Source of the DNA: Gammaproteobacteria bacterium
GTDB lineage: Bacteria > Pseudomonadota > Gammaproteobacteria > Natronospirales > REEB76
Direction of reading: 5' to 3'
NCBI GenBank assembly: GCA_036383255.1
Contig: DASVOS010000009.1
Coordinates: 148,110 to 212,109 of the forward strand
DNA length: 64,000 nt
Shown here: piece by piece, positions 12,086-25,272 of the stretch
Numbering within the stretch: the first letter of the stretch is position 1
Layout of the letters: the number at the start of each line of letters is the position of its first letter
Position numbers and translations under genes: made by a program
The notes under the pieces: generated by a model
Databases searched by the model: none
What the model was told of the DNA's origin: nothing
Seen by the model: only the letters and a program-made list of their open reading frames with translations

Positions 12086-12804
12086 TTCTCGGGCTCCGCG
12101 GCCAGCTTGCCCTTGTTCATGTAGAGGATGCGGCGCGCGCGGGCGGCGGCGTGCGGGTCGTGGGTGACCATCACGATGGTCTTGCCCTGCTCGCGGTTGA
12201 GCGCCTGCAGGAGGTCCAGGATCTCGTCGCCGGATTTGCGGTCCAGGTCGCCGGTGGGCTCGTCGCAGAGCAACAGCAGCGGGTCCGCCACGATGGCACG
12301 GGCGATGCCCACGCGCTGCTCCTGGCCGCCGGAGAGTTCCGAGGGCCTATGCTTGGCGCGGTCGGCGATGTTGGTGAGCTGCATGGCAGCCTGCACGCGC
12401 CGCTTGCGGTCGGAAGCCGAAAGCCCCGTCAGCAGGAGCGGCAGCTCCACGTTGCGCTCGGCGGAGAGCACCGGCAGCAGGTGGTAGAGCTGGAAGACGA
12501 ATCCCACGTTGCGGGCGCGCCAGCGCGCGAGTTCCGACTCGCCAAAGCTGGCGATGTCGGTGCCTTCCACCTTGAGGCTGCCGGAGGTGGGCCGGTCGAT
12601 ACCGCCCAGCAGGTTCAGCAGCGTGGTCTTGCCTGAACCTGAGGGGCCCATGAGCGCGAGGAAGTCACCCCGCGGGATGCTGAGGGTGAGGTCCTGCAGC
12701 ACGTGTACGGTCTCGCCGCCGCGCGGGTATTCCTTGGTGATGCCCTGCAGCTCCACCAACGGTGTGCCGGCGTCGGCACGCGGGACGGGATTGGGCCTGC
12801 TCAT
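12082..12804 (-). CDS. ABC transporter ATP-binding protein (MacB/LolD-type)
   Basis: Start at MSRPNPVP (12802-12804); Walker [10 protein letters not shown], signature [14 protein letters not shown], Walker [13 protein letters not shown]. Confidence 0.9.
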   Translation of the reverse strand: MSRPNPVPRADAGTPLVELQGITKEYPRGGETVHVLQDLTLSIPRGDFLALMGPSGSGKTTLLNLLGGIDRPTSGSLKVEGTDIASFGESELARWRARNVGFVFQLYHLLPVLSAERNVELPLLLTGLSASDRKRRVQAAMQLTNIADRAKHRPSELSGGQEQRVGIARAIVADPLLLLCDEPTGDLDRKSGDEILDLLQALNREQGKTIVMVTHDPHAAARARRILYMNKGKLAAEPEK

Positions 12805-12829
12805 GTCATGCTCCTGATGTCGGATATCT

Positions 12830-14074
12830 TCAAGGGTTGTTGTTCTCGCGCACACGCATGCCGTCGGCGAGCGGCTTCTCGGAAGCGGTGATCACCTTCT
12901 CCTCGCCAGCCACGCCCGCCAGGACTTCCACGTCCGAACCCGTGGCGGCGCCGAGCTTGATGGCACGGCGCTCCACGCGGCCATCGGCGTAGATGAAGAC
13001 GTAGGGGGTGGCGCCGTCCTTGTGCACCGCGGCCTGCGGGACCTGCACGCGCGCGGCCGGCGCGGAAGCCTCGCCGCTCCCCTCGCCCAGGAACCACACC
13101 TGGATCGCCATCTGCGGCAGGATGCGCGGGTCGAGTTGGTCGAAGCCCACGCGCACCTTCACGGTGGCCTTGTCGCGGTCTGCGGTGGGGATGATGCTCA
13201 CAACGTGTGACGGGATGTGCCAGTCCGGATAGGCGTCCAGCACCGCGTCCACCTTCTGCCCGCCGTGGACGCGGCCGATGTAGGCCTCGTTCACGTCCAC
13301 CTCGATCTCGAGAGAGCTCATGTCCACCACGGTGGCGATGCCGGTGCGGGTGTTGCCGCCGCCGGCGGAGTTCGGGGAGATCATCTCGCCGGGCTGCGCA
13401 TCCTTCGACACCACCACGCCGGCGAAGGGCGCGCGGATCACGGTGTCATCCAGGAACTGCTGGTCCAGTGCCAGGCTGTTTTCGGCCACGCTGGCCTGCT
13501 GGCGCGCGCTGTCCAGGGAAGCCTGCAGGCTCGCCTCACGGGTAGTCGCGGCGTCCATGTCGGCCTGGCTCACCAGGTGGCGGGCATAGAGCGTGCGGGT
13601 GCGGGCGAGGTCGCGCTCGGCATTGGCGTGCTCCACCTCGGTCTGCACCGCGAGCGCACGGGCGGCGGCGAACTGGCTCTTGGCCACGTTCACCTGGTCG
13701 CGGGCGGTGGCATCGTCCAGGCGCGCCAGCACCTGGCCTGCCTTCACGTGCATGCCCTCCTCCACGTGCACTTCGCTCACCTTGCCGGTGACTTTGGAGG
13801 AGACCACCGCCTGCAGGCGCGGCACCACGTAACCGGAGGCATTGAGCAGGCGAGCACCTGCCCCCGCGGCAGGGCTGTCCTGCACCACGCGGGCGGAGGC
13901 GGTCTGCACTGATATATAGGTGGGCTTGAACAGCAGCCAGGCCACCAGGGCTGTGACCGTCAGGAGCAGCAGCGCGGCGCCGGCCAGCAGCGGACGGCTG
14001 CGGCGCTTCAGGGCCGCGTCGTCGGCGCCGCGGTCCATGCGCAGGGCATCCAAGGCATCCCGGTCCAGTGGCAT
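12830..14074 (-). CDS. Efflux periplasmic adaptor subunit (HlyD/MacA family)
   Basis: Start at MPLDRDAL (14072-14074); N-terminal TM; coiled-coil hairpin and beta-barrel segments typical of MFP; the track ORF to 14485 is an unsupported extension. Confidence 0.85.
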   Translation of the reverse strand: MPLDRDALDALRMDRGADDAALKRRSRPLLAGAALLLLTVTALVAWLLFKPTYISVQTASARVVQDSPAAGAGARLLNASGYVVPRLQAVVSSKVTGKVSEVHVEEGMHVKAGQVLARLDDATARDQVNVAKSQFAAARALAVQTEVEHANAERDLARTRTLYARHLVSQADMDAATTREASLQASLDSARQQASVAENSLALDQQFLDDTVIRAPFAGVVVSKDAQPGEMISPNSAGGGNTRTGIATVVDMSSLEIEVDVNEAYIGRVHGGQKVDAVLDAYPDWHIPSHVVSIIPTADRDKATVKVRVGFDQLDPRILPQMAIQVWFLGEGSGEASAPAARVQVPQAAVHKDGATPYVFIYADGRVERRAIKLGAATGSDVEVLAGVAGEEKVITASEKPLADGMRVRENNNP

Positions 14075-14206
14075 GAGGCTCCCCGTAGAGTTCGGCGTCG
14101 GACACGCGGCGGGGCATAGTTTACACTTGCGCCGCCCGCGGCCTTCCGACGCGAGGCATTCTGGCCATGTGGGTACCCCGGCGGCAGTCCCATCCATCAG
14201 GAATCC

Positions 14207-15016
14207 GTGATGACAGATGTCATGCCCTCCGCGCTGGTGGACATCGGCGCCAACCTCACCCACGACAGCTTCGACGCGGACCGGACCGAGGTCATCGCGC
14301 GGGCACAGACCGCCGGCGTGGAGCGTTTCGTGGTCACCGGCAGCGACGCGGCCCATAGCCGCAAGGCGCTGGAGCTCAGCGCCGCATGGCCTGGAATCCT
14401 CTACGCCACCGCCGGCGTGCACCCGCACCATGCCAAGGACTGCACTCCGGGCACCCGCGACGAACTCCGGGAACTGCACCGGCACAAGGAGGTGGTAGCG
14501 GTCGGTGAATGCGGCCTGGACTATTTCCGCAACTTCTCACCGCCGGAGAGACAGCGGGAGGTGTTCGGCATGCAGCTCGAGCTCGCCGCCGAGTGCGGCA
14601 AGCCCGTGTTCCTGCACCAGCGGGACGCCCATGACGACTTCATGCGCATATTCACCGACCACCGGCCACGGCTGTCGAAGGCCGTGGTGCACTGCTTCAC
14701 CGGCGACGCGGCGGAGCTCAAGGACTACCTGGCGCTGGACTGCCACATCGGCATCACCGGCTGGATCTGCGACGAGCGCCGCGGCCTGCACCTGCGGGAA
14801 TGCGTCGGGCTCATCCCCGCCGACAGGCTCATGCTTGAGACCGATGCACCCTACCTCATCCCGCGGGACTTGAAGCCGCGGCCTGCCTCCAACCGCAACG
14901 AGCCCATGTACCTGCCCCATATCGCGCGCGTAGTGGCCGCGTGCCTCAGCAAGGACGTCGCGCAGCTGGTCGCAGAGACCGCGCGCAACTCGGAAGCTTT
15001 CTTCGGCCTGGGGTAA
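14207..15016 (+). CDS. tatD: TatD family metal-dependent hydrolase/DNase
   Basis: VDIGANLTHDSF, GECGLDY, FLHQRDA, HCFTG, ETDAPYL motifs; GTG 14207 or ATG 14210. Confidence 0.9.
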   Translation: MMTDVMPSALVDIGANLTHDSFDADRTEVIARAQTAGVERFVVTGSDAAHSRKALELSAAWPGILYATAGVHPHHAKDCTPGTRDELRELHRHKEVVAVGECGLDYFRNFSPPERQREVFGMQLELAAECGKPVFLHQRDAHDDFMRIFTDHRPRLSKAVVHCFTGDAAELKDYLALDCHIGITGWICDERRGLHLRECVGLIPADRLMLETDAPYLIPRDLKPRPASNRNEPMYLPHIARVVAACLSKDVAQLVAETARNSEAFFGLG

Positions 15017-15063
15017 AATACCGCTCCCTCAAGACGCCCCCTCTATTTCGCACGGAGATACTG

Positions 15064-16473
<1,410 letters not shown>

Positions 16474-16488
16474 GAGCGATGCAAGGAA

Positions 16489-17865
16489 ATGGATGCGGTG
16501 CTGCTATCGCGGGTGCAGATGGCGTTCACGCTCAGCTTCCACATCCTGTTCCCCACGCTCACCATCGGCCTCGCGGTATTCCTCGCCATCCTCGAGAGCC
16601 TGTGGCTTAAGACCGGCGACGACTTCTACCGGCGCCACTATCACTTCTGGGTGAAGCTCTTCGCCCTCACCTTCGGCGTGGGCGTGGTATCGGGGGTGGT
16701 GCTGTCCTACGAGTTCGGCACCAACTTCGGCCGCTTCTCCGCCATCGCAGGCAGCGTGGTGGGGCCGCTCATGAGCTACGAGGTGCTCACCGCGTTCTTC
16801 ATGGAGGCGGGTTTCCTCGGCATCATGCTGTTCGGATGGAACCGGGTGGGCAGGAAGCTGCACTACACGGCGACCCTGCTGGTGGCTGCCGGCACCGTGA
16901 CCTCGGCGTTCTGGATCCTATCCGCCAACTCCTGGATGCAGACGCCGGTGGGCGCCGAGTTGCGGGACGGCGTGTTCTACCCCCTGGACTGGTGGCAGAT
17001 CGTCTTCAACCCGTCCTTCCCGTACCGCTTGGCGCACATGCTGCTGGCAGCGCTCCTGAGCTCCAGCGTGTTCGTGGCGGGCGTCTCCGCTTTCCTGTGG
17101 TCCAAGGGTCCTGAACCGCGTTTCGGCCGTTTCAGCTTCCGTTTCGCCATCGCGGCCGCAGCCATCCTCGCTCCGCTGCAGATCCTGGCGGGTGACCAGC
17201 AGGGGTTGATCGCGGAGCGCTACCAGCCCATCAAGGTCGCCGCCATCGAGGGCCATTGGCAGACCGGCGGCCACGCCCCCCTGGTGCTGTTCGGCTGGCC
17301 TGACGTGGAAACCCGCAGCAACAAGTACGCTGTCGAGTTGCCGGAAGCCGGCAGTCTCATCATCAAGCATTCCCGGGACGGCGTGGTGGTCGGCCTCGAT
17401 GCGGTTGATCCCAAGGACTGGCCCTCGGTGCCGGTGGTGTTCTGGGCTTTCCGCATCATGGTGGGCCTGGGATTCCTGATGCTGGCCTATGCCTGGCTCG
17501 GCGCCTGGTACGCAAAACGCCACAAGGACGATATGCCGCGCTGGTTCCTCAGCGCCGCGGTGTGGATGGTACCGGCGGGTTTCATCGCCACCGTGGCCGG
17601 CTGGTGGGTGGCGGAGACGGGCCGCCAGCCCTGGGTGGTGTACGGCATCCTGCGCACTGCGGATGTCGCCACCGATGTCCCGGCGGCACAGGTGCTCTGG
17701 TCGCTGCTCACCTTCATCGCGGCCTACATCGTGGTCATGGCCGCCTATCTCTATTACATGCTCAAGGTGATCCGCGGCGGGCCGGCTGCCGCCAAGCCGC
17801 CCGAGCCCGCCACCGGCAAGGCTCCGCCGGCACGGCCCGCCTTCGGCGGCGTGGAGGACAAGTGA
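16489..17865 (+). CDS. cydA: Cytochrome bd ubiquinol oxidase subunit I (short Q-loop, CIO-type)
   Basis: N-terminus LSRVQMAFTLSFHILFPTLTIGLA; 458 aa, shorter than the long-Q-loop E. coli-type CydA as I recall it. Confidence 0.95.
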   Translation: MDAVLLSRVQMAFTLSFHILFPTLTIGLAVFLAILESLWLKTGDDFYRRHYHFWVKLFALTFGVGVVSGVVLSYEFGTNFGRFSAIAGSVVGPLMSYEVLTAFFMEAGFLGIMLFGWNRVGRKLHYTATLLVAAGTVTSAFWILSANSWMQTPVGAELRDGVFYPLDWWQIVFNPSFPYRLAHMLLAALLSSSVFVAGVSAFLWSKGPEPRFGRFSFRFAIAAAAILAPLQILAGDQQGLIAERYQPIKVAAIEGHWQTGGHAPLVLFGWPDVETRSNKYAVELPEAGSLIIKHSRDGVVVGLDAVDPKDWPSVPVVFWAFRIMVGLGFLMLAYAWLGAWYAKRHKDDMPRWFLSAAVWMVPAGFIATVAGWWVAETGRQPWVVYGILRTADVATDVPAAQVLWSLLTFIAAYIVVMAAYLYYMLKVIRGGPAAAKPPEPATGKAPPARPAFGGVEDK

Positions 17866-18866
17866 TGCACGCACTGCCGCTGGTGTGGGCCGGGATCATC
17901 GCGCTGGGCGTCGCGATCTACGTGGTGATGGACGGCTTCGACCTCGGCATCGGCATCCTGTTCCCTTTTGCCAAGGACCACGGACACCGCGACGTCATGA
18001 TGAACACCGTGGCGCCGGTGTGGGACGGCAACGAGACCTGGCTGGTGATGGGCGGTGTGGGGCTGTTCGCGGCCTTCCCCCGCGCTTATGCCATCCTGCT
18101 GCACGCCCTCTACATACCGTTGATCCTGATGCTGGTGGCGCTCATCTTCCGGGGCATCTCCTTCGAGTTCCGCTTCAAGGCCCACAAGAGCCGTGTACTT
18201 TGGGATATCGCCTTCAGCGCGGGCTCGATGCTCACGGCCCTCTGCCAGGGCATCACCCTCGGCGCCGTGGTGCAAGGCATCTCGGTGATAGACGGCCGCT
18301 ACACCGGCGGCAGCTTCGACTGGCTCACGCCCTTCAGCCTGTTCACGGGCCTCAGCGTGGTGGCGGGATACGCCCTGCTGGGCTCGAGCTGGCTCATCAT
18401 GAAGACCGAGGAGGACCTGCTGGACTGGTGCTACAGGATGGCCCGCCGCAGCCTGCTGCTGCTGCTCATCGCCATCGCCGTGGTGAGCCTCTGGACGCCC
18501 ATCATGTCGCCGGCCATCCGCGAACGCTGGTTCTCCATCCCTAACTTTTATTATCTCTCCCAGGTGCCGCTCGCCACGCTGCTGCTGGCGGCCGGCCTCT
18601 GGTATTCCCTGAAGCGCCGCCACACCTATCCACCGTTCTACTGCAGCGTGGGCCTGTTCATGCTGGCGTACCTAGGGCTCATCATCAGTATCTGGCCTTA
18701 CATCGTGCCGCGCGCCGTCACCTTCGAGCAAGCCGCCGCGCCGGAGTCGAGCCAGGTGTTCGAGCTGGTGGGCTTCCTGATCGTCATCCCCATCATCCTG
18801 ACCTACACCGTCGCCGGCTACTACATCTTCCACGGCAAGGTGAAAGCCGGCGAGCACTACCATTGA
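17865..18866 (+). CDS. cydB: Cytochrome bd ubiquinol oxidase subunit II
   Basis: ATG overlaps cydA stop (TGATG); MHALPLVWAGIIALGVAIYVVMDGFDLGIG. Confidence 0.95.
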   Translation: MHALPLVWAGIIALGVAIYVVMDGFDLGIGILFPFAKDHGHRDVMMNTVAPVWDGNETWLVMGGVGLFAAFPRAYAILLHALYIPLILMLVALIFRGISFEFRFKAHKSRVLWDIAFSAGSMLTALCQGITLGAVVQGISVIDGRYTGGSFDWLTPFSLFTGLSVVAGYALLGSSWLIMKTEEDLLDWCYRMARRSLLLLLIAIAVVSLWTPIMSPAIRERWFSIPNFYYLSQVPLATLLLAAGLWYSLKRRHTYPPFYCSVGLFMLAYLGLIISIWPYIVPRAVTFEQAAAPESSQVFELVGFLIVIPIILTYTVAGYYIFHGKVKAGEHYH

Positions 18867-18874
18867 GCCGGCGC

Positions 18875-18982
18875 ATGAGCCCCAAGCTCAGGTCCTGGCT
18901 CTGGTTCGCGGGGATCTATCTCTTGTCGCTGGCGGCATTCGCCGCGGTGATGGGACTCTTGCGCCTCTTCATCCGCGCCTGA
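18875..18982 (+). CDS. Small single-TM protein, DUF2474/CydX-like oxidase accessory peptide (35 aa)
   Basis: Not in ORF track (under 60 aa). ATG 8 nt after cydB stop; MSPKLRSWLWFAGIYLLSLAAFAAVMGLLRLFIRA; position and hydrophobic pattern match small peptides found after cioB/cydB. Confidence 0.55.
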   Translation: MSPKLRSWLWFAGIYLLSLAAFAAVMGLLRLFIRA

Positions 18983-19589
18983 CGGGGAGCGGACGTTCCT
19001 TGCCGGGCGGCACGTTCGCCGCCTCGCAGACCTTGTCCCACACCGCCTGCAGCTCCGCGTCCAGGGTCACGGGCTCCTTGGCGGGAGCGCGCAACAGCGG
19101 CTGGGCGAACTCCTCCAGGAGCTGCACGCCGTCGGGGCGGCCCTTGGGGAAGTGGCCGCGGGAAGTGAACAGGATGCGCGGCAGCACCTCGATGCCCGGC
19201 ACCAGGTACTTAACCGCCGCCACCCGGTCGTGCATTGGGCGGATGGGGTTGTTGAACTGGTAGCGCCGGCGCTTGCCCATGGCGGTCCAGATGTCCATCT
19301 TCTCCGAGCCGAACACCGCGCCTTCCACGTCGCGAACGTCCAGCACGTAGAGACGGCGCTCACGCAGTATCAGCGCGTCCACCGGCACGAAGCCGCCGAT
19401 ACCGTCGGGGATCACCACGTCGCGGATGAGCCGGTCGGCGACGATGCGCAGGGTGCGGTTCACGTCGCGGCGCACCGCGGTCATGCGCAGCCACACGGCC
19501 AGCGCCACGATCGCGAGCAGCACGGCGAGCGCCGCGCCCGCCAGCGTCCAGACCTGCCAGTTGTCGTACCAGGCGTGAGCCATCCGCAT
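18969..19589 (-). CDS. NERD domain-containing membrane protein
   Basis: N-terminal TM; VDALILRERRLYVLDVRDVEGAVFG...NNPIRPMHDRVAAVKYL resembles the nuclease-related NERD pattern. Confidence 0.65.
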   Translation of the reverse strand: MRMAHAWYDNWQVWTLAGAALAVLLAIVALAVWLRMTAVRRDVNRTLRIVADRLIRDVVIPDGIGGFVPVDALILRERRLYVLDVRDVEGAVFGSEKMDIWTAMGKRRRYQFNNPIRPMHDRVAAVKYLVPGIEVLPRILFTSRGHFPKGRPDGVQLLEEFAQPLLRAPAKEPVTLDAELQAVWDKVCEAANVPPGKERPLPVRRG

Positions 19590-19669
19590 CCCTCTCCGTC
19601 TCGTGCGTCCACCGGACCCCTCCGGCGGCGCGTATTGTAGCGGAACGGGTCGCCGACTTTATATGTCGT

Positions 19670-19975
19670 TCAGAACGGCAGCTTGCGGAAGAGTATGTCG
19701 CGGAACATGACCCAATCCCCCAGGAAACTGTAGATGGGATGGGTGAAGGTGGCGGGGCGGTTCTTCTCGAAGAAGAAATGTCCGATCCAGGCGAAGCCGT
19801 AGCCGAACAGCGGCAGCAGGAACCACCACTGCCAACGGCCCGTGACGAGGAGCCCCGCGAAGGTCAGCAGCACCAGGGAGCTGCCGATGAAGTGCAAGCG
19901 GCGGCAGGTGCGGTCGCTATGCTCCCCCAGGTAGAAGGGGTAGAACGCGCGAAAACTGGGGAAATCCCGGCTCAT
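19670..19975 (-). CDS. DUF962 (Mpo1-like) membrane protein
   Basis: FYPFYLGEHSDRTCRRLHFIG...GYGFAWIGHFFFEKNRPATF family pattern. Confidence 0.75.
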   Translation of the reverse strand: MSRDFPSFRAFYPFYLGEHSDRTCRRLHFIGSSLVLLTFAGLLVTGRWQWWFLLPLFGYGFAWIGHFFFEKNRPATFTHPIYSFLGDWVMFRDILFRKLPF

Positions 19976-20014
19976 GCACCCACTATACAGCCGGGCTTTA
20001 TCCGGGCGCCTAAT

Positions 20015-20031
20015 AGGACTAAAATAGTCCT
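20015..20031. promoter_or_regulatory. Candidate Rrf2-regulator operator overlapping the suf promoter
   Basis: Perfect 7-3-7 palindrome AGGACTA-AAA-TAGTCCT overlapping a TAAAAT -10-like hexamer, 25-41 nt upstream of the regulator ATG. Confidence 0.5.
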
Positions 20032-20055
20032 CTTTATGCAGTCTACGGTAACCCC

Positions 20056-20516
20056 ATGCTGCGCCTGAGCAAATTGACCGACTACGGCACCGTGGTGCTG
20101 GCGGAGATGGCCCGGGAGCCCAAGCGGCTCTACGCCGCGGCCGAGCTCGCCGCCGCCCTGCATCTCGCCGCTCCCACCGTCAGCAAGCTGCTGAAGCAGT
20201 TCGCCCGGGCAGGCCTGGTCAGTTCCCAGCGCGGTGCCAAGGGTGGCTACAGCCTGGCACGCCCGGCCGAGCAGATCACGGCGGTCCACATCATCGACGC
20301 CATCGAGGGGCCGGTCGCCATCACCCAATGCAGCATGACCCACAGCCGCTGCGGCATCGAGGCGGTGTGCGGCATCGGCCACAACTGGCAGCGCATCAGC
20401 CTCGCGATCCGTGACGCCCTGAAGGGCGTGACCCTGGCGCAGCTCGCCCGGCCCGTGGCGCTGCCGCCGCGGCTCGACTTCAGCGGCGTGCTCGACGCGC
20501 CGCGCCGCCGGGAGCA

Positions 20517-20520
<4 letters not shown>
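20056..20520 (+). CDS. Rrf2-family SUF-system Fe-S cluster assembly regulator
   Basis: N-terminal w[22 protein letters not shown]; Cys cluster [15 protein letters not shown]. Confidence 0.9.
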
Positions 20521-21971
<1,451 letters not shown>

Positions 21972-21986
21972 AAAGGCGAAAAAGAG

Positions 21987-22736
<750 letters not shown>

Positions 22737-22738
22737 AT

Positions 22739-24022
22739 ATGAGTGCTCTCGCCCCCTACCTCGAAGGCTACGCGGCTTATCCCAAGACCCGGCCCTGGCT
22801 GCAGGCGCTCAAGCAGCAGGCGCTGCAGCGGGCCGAAGCCCGCGGCTTCCCGCAAGCGCGGGACGAGGCGTGGAAATACACGTCCCTCGCCACGCTGGAG
22901 CAACGCGGCTTCAGGCCCGCATCCAGCACCGTGACGCTCGACGCCGGCGCGCTCGCGCCGCTGCTGGTGCCGGGACTGGACTGCCCACGGGCGGTGTTCG
23001 TGAACGGCCGCTATGCCGCCGGCCTCTCGCATCTGCCCAAGGGCGTACGCGTGGTCGCAGCGCGTGATGCAGACGAGTCTCTTGCAGCCCTGTTGGCGGT
23101 CCCGCCGGACTGGGAGGACGACACCTTCCTGAACCTGAACACGGCCCTGTTCCAGGAGGCGCTGCTGGTAGACGTCTCCGGTGAGCTCACCGAGCCGCTG
23201 GAGTTCCTGCATGTGAGCGCGCCGGAGACGGCTGCGGCCTCCCACCACTCCCGCTGTACGGTGAAGCTCGGCGCCAACGCCCACGCCATGCTCATCGAGC
23301 GCTACACGGGACTGGACGGGGCCAAAAACCTCACCAACAGCGTGGTGCAGATCGAGCTGGGGTCCGGCGCGAAGCTCACACATCTACGCCTGCAGGAAGA
23401 GACCTTCCAGGGTTTCCATCTGGGGCGCGTGCTGGTGAGCCAGGCGGCGGATAGCTGCTATGTATCCCACAACCTCCAGCACGGTGCCGCCTGGGCACGC
23501 CTCGACCTGGCGGTGGCGCTCAAGGCGGCCGGGGCCAGCGCCGAGCTCAACGGCCTCTATGCGACGGGCGGCCGCCGCCACCTGGACAACCACACCCGGG
23601 TGGATCACCTCGCGCCCCACACCGCGAGCCGCGAACTCTACCGCGGCATCCTGGACGGCCAGGGCCGCGCGGTGTTCAACGGCAAGGTGGTGGTGGCGCC
23701 GCATGCCGCCAAGACCGATGCGAGCCAGGCGAATCACAACCTTCTGCTGTCGCGCGGCGCGGAGATCGACACCAAGCCTGAACTCGAGATCTATGCCGAC
23801 GACGTGAAGTGCAGCCATGGCGCGACCATCGGCCAGCTGGACGAGCAGCAGCTCTTCTACCTGCGCTCCCGCGGCCTGGACGCCGAGACCGCGCGCAGCC
23901 TGCTCATCGGCGCCTTCGCCGAGCGGCTGCTCACCCTCTTGCCCTTGCCCGCCCTCGCTGCCCACGCGCGCCGCCGATTGGGTGCCGCCGTGAGCCGCAT
24001 CAACCTGCCGGAGCCCGCATGA
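22739..24022 (+). CDS. sufD: Fe-S cluster assembly protein SufD
   Basis: C-terminal beta-helix region homologous to SufB (PELEIYADDVKCSHGATIGQLDEQQLFYLRSRG). Confidence 0.9.
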   Translation: MSALAPYLEGYAAYPKTRPWLQALKQQALQRAEARGFPQARDEAWKYTSLATLEQRGFRPASSTVTLDAGALAPLLVPGLDCPRAVFVNGRYAAGLSHLPKGVRVVAARDADESLAALLAVPPDWEDDTFLNLNTALFQEALLVDVSGELTEPLEFLHVSAPETAAASHHSRCTVKLGANAHAMLIERYTGLDGAKNLTNSVVQIELGSGAKLTHLRLQEETFQGFHLGRVLVSQAADSCYVSHNLQHGAAWARLDLAVALKAAGASAELNGLYATGGRRHLDNHTRVDHLAPHTASRELYRGILDGQGRAVFNGKVVVAPHAAKTDASQANHNLLLSRGAEIDTKPELEIYADDVKCSHGATIGQLDEQQLFYLRSRGLDAETARSLLIGAFAERLLTLLPLPALAAHARRRLGAAVSRINLPEPA

Positions 24023-25272
24023 GCACCTTGCGCAAAGCCCTGGATACCGCCGCCGGCTTCGATCCGCTGCGCTGGCGCAGAGACTTCCCGATCCTGGGCG
24101 AGAAGGTGCACAGCAAGCCGCTGGTGTACCTCGACAACGCCGCCACCTCGCAGAAACCGCAGGCGGTCATCGACGCGATATCGCGTTATTACGAGCACCA
24201 CAACGCCAACGTGCACCGCGGCGTGCATACCCTGAGCGAGCTCGCCACAGCAGATTACGAGGGCGCCCGCGAGAAAGTACGCGCATTCATCAACGCTCGC
24301 TCCGTGAAGGAAGTGGTCTACACACGCGGCACCACCGAGGCCATCAACCTGGTGGCCCAAAGCTTCCTCCGGCCCAGGCTCAAGCCGGGCGACGAGATAC
24401 TTCTCACCCAGATGGAGCACCACTCCAACATCGTGCCCTGGCAGCTGCTGGCCGGGCAGACCGGCGCAGTGCTGAAGGTGGTGCCGATCACCGATGCCGG
24501 CGAGCTGGAGCCCGGCATGTTCCAGGAGCTCCTCGGCGAGCGCACCCGCATCGCCGTGTTCGGCCACGTGTCCAACGCTTTGGGCACTGTCAACCCCGTG
24601 AAGGAGATGACCGCCCAGGCCCATGCCCATGGCGTGCCCGTGCTGGTGGACGGCGCCCAGGCGGTGCCGCACATGGCAGTGGACGTGCGGGACCTGGACT
24701 GCGACTTCTATGCCTTCTCCGGCCACAAGATGTTCGCCCCCACGGGCATCGGCATCCTCTACGGCAAGGAGGCGCTACTGGAGGCCATGCCGCCGTGGCA
24801 GGGCGGCGGCGAGATGATCCGCATCGTGCGCTTCGGCCAGACCACCTATAACGACCTGCCCCACAAGTTCGAGGCAGGCACCCCGGACATCGGCGGTGCC
24901 GTGGGCTTGGGCGCCGCAGTGGACTACCTGAACCAGGCGGGCATGGGCGCCATCCAGGACTACGAGCGGGGCCTGCTCGCCTACGCCACCGACCGCATCG
25001 GTTCCGTGCAGGGCGTCAGACTCGTGGGCACCGCGCGGCACAAGGCCGGCGTGGTGTCGTTCGTGATGCAGGGAGTGCATCCTCATGACCTCGGCACCAT
25101 CGTGGACCAGGAAGGCGTCGCCATCCGCACCGGGCACCATTGCGCCATGCCGGTGATGGAGCGCTTCGGCCTGCCGGCCACGGCCCGCGCCTCCCTCGCC
25201 TTCTACAACACCCGCGAGGACATCGACACGCTGGCGGCGGCCCTGGACAAGGCGCGGGGGATACTCGGCTGA
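24019..25272 (+). CDS. sufS: Cysteine desulfurase SufS (group II)
   Basis: ATGA overlap with sufD; YLDNAATSQKP, SGHKMFAPTGIG (PLP lysine), RTGHHCAMP (active-site Cys). Confidence 0.95.
   Translation: MSTLRKALDTAAGFDPLRWRRDFPILGEKVHSKPLVYLDNAATSQKPQAVIDAISRYYEHHNANVHRGVHTLSELATADYEGAREKVRAFINARSVKEVVYTRGTTEAINLVAQSFLRPRLKPGDEILLTQMEHHSNIVPWQLLAGQTGAVLKVVPITDAGELEPGMFQELLGERTRIAVFGHVSNALGTVNPVKEMTAQAHAHGVPVLVDGAQAVPHMAVDVRDLDCDFYAFSGHKMFAPTGIGILYGKEALLEAMPPWQGGGEMIRIVRFGQTTYNDLPHKFEAGTPDIGGAVGLGAAVDYLNQAGMGAIQDYERGLLAYATDRIGSVQGVRLVGTARHKAGVVSFVMQGVHPHDLGTIVDQEGVAIRTGHHCAMPVMERFGLPATARASLAFYNTREDIDTLAAALDKARGILG

Noticed and set aside
12830-14485. 137-aa upstream extension of the efflux adaptor gene (14075-14485)
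   Set aside because: It would overlap the divergent tatD gene and its promoter region. Adaptor homology and the TM anchor begin at MPLDRDAL (14074).
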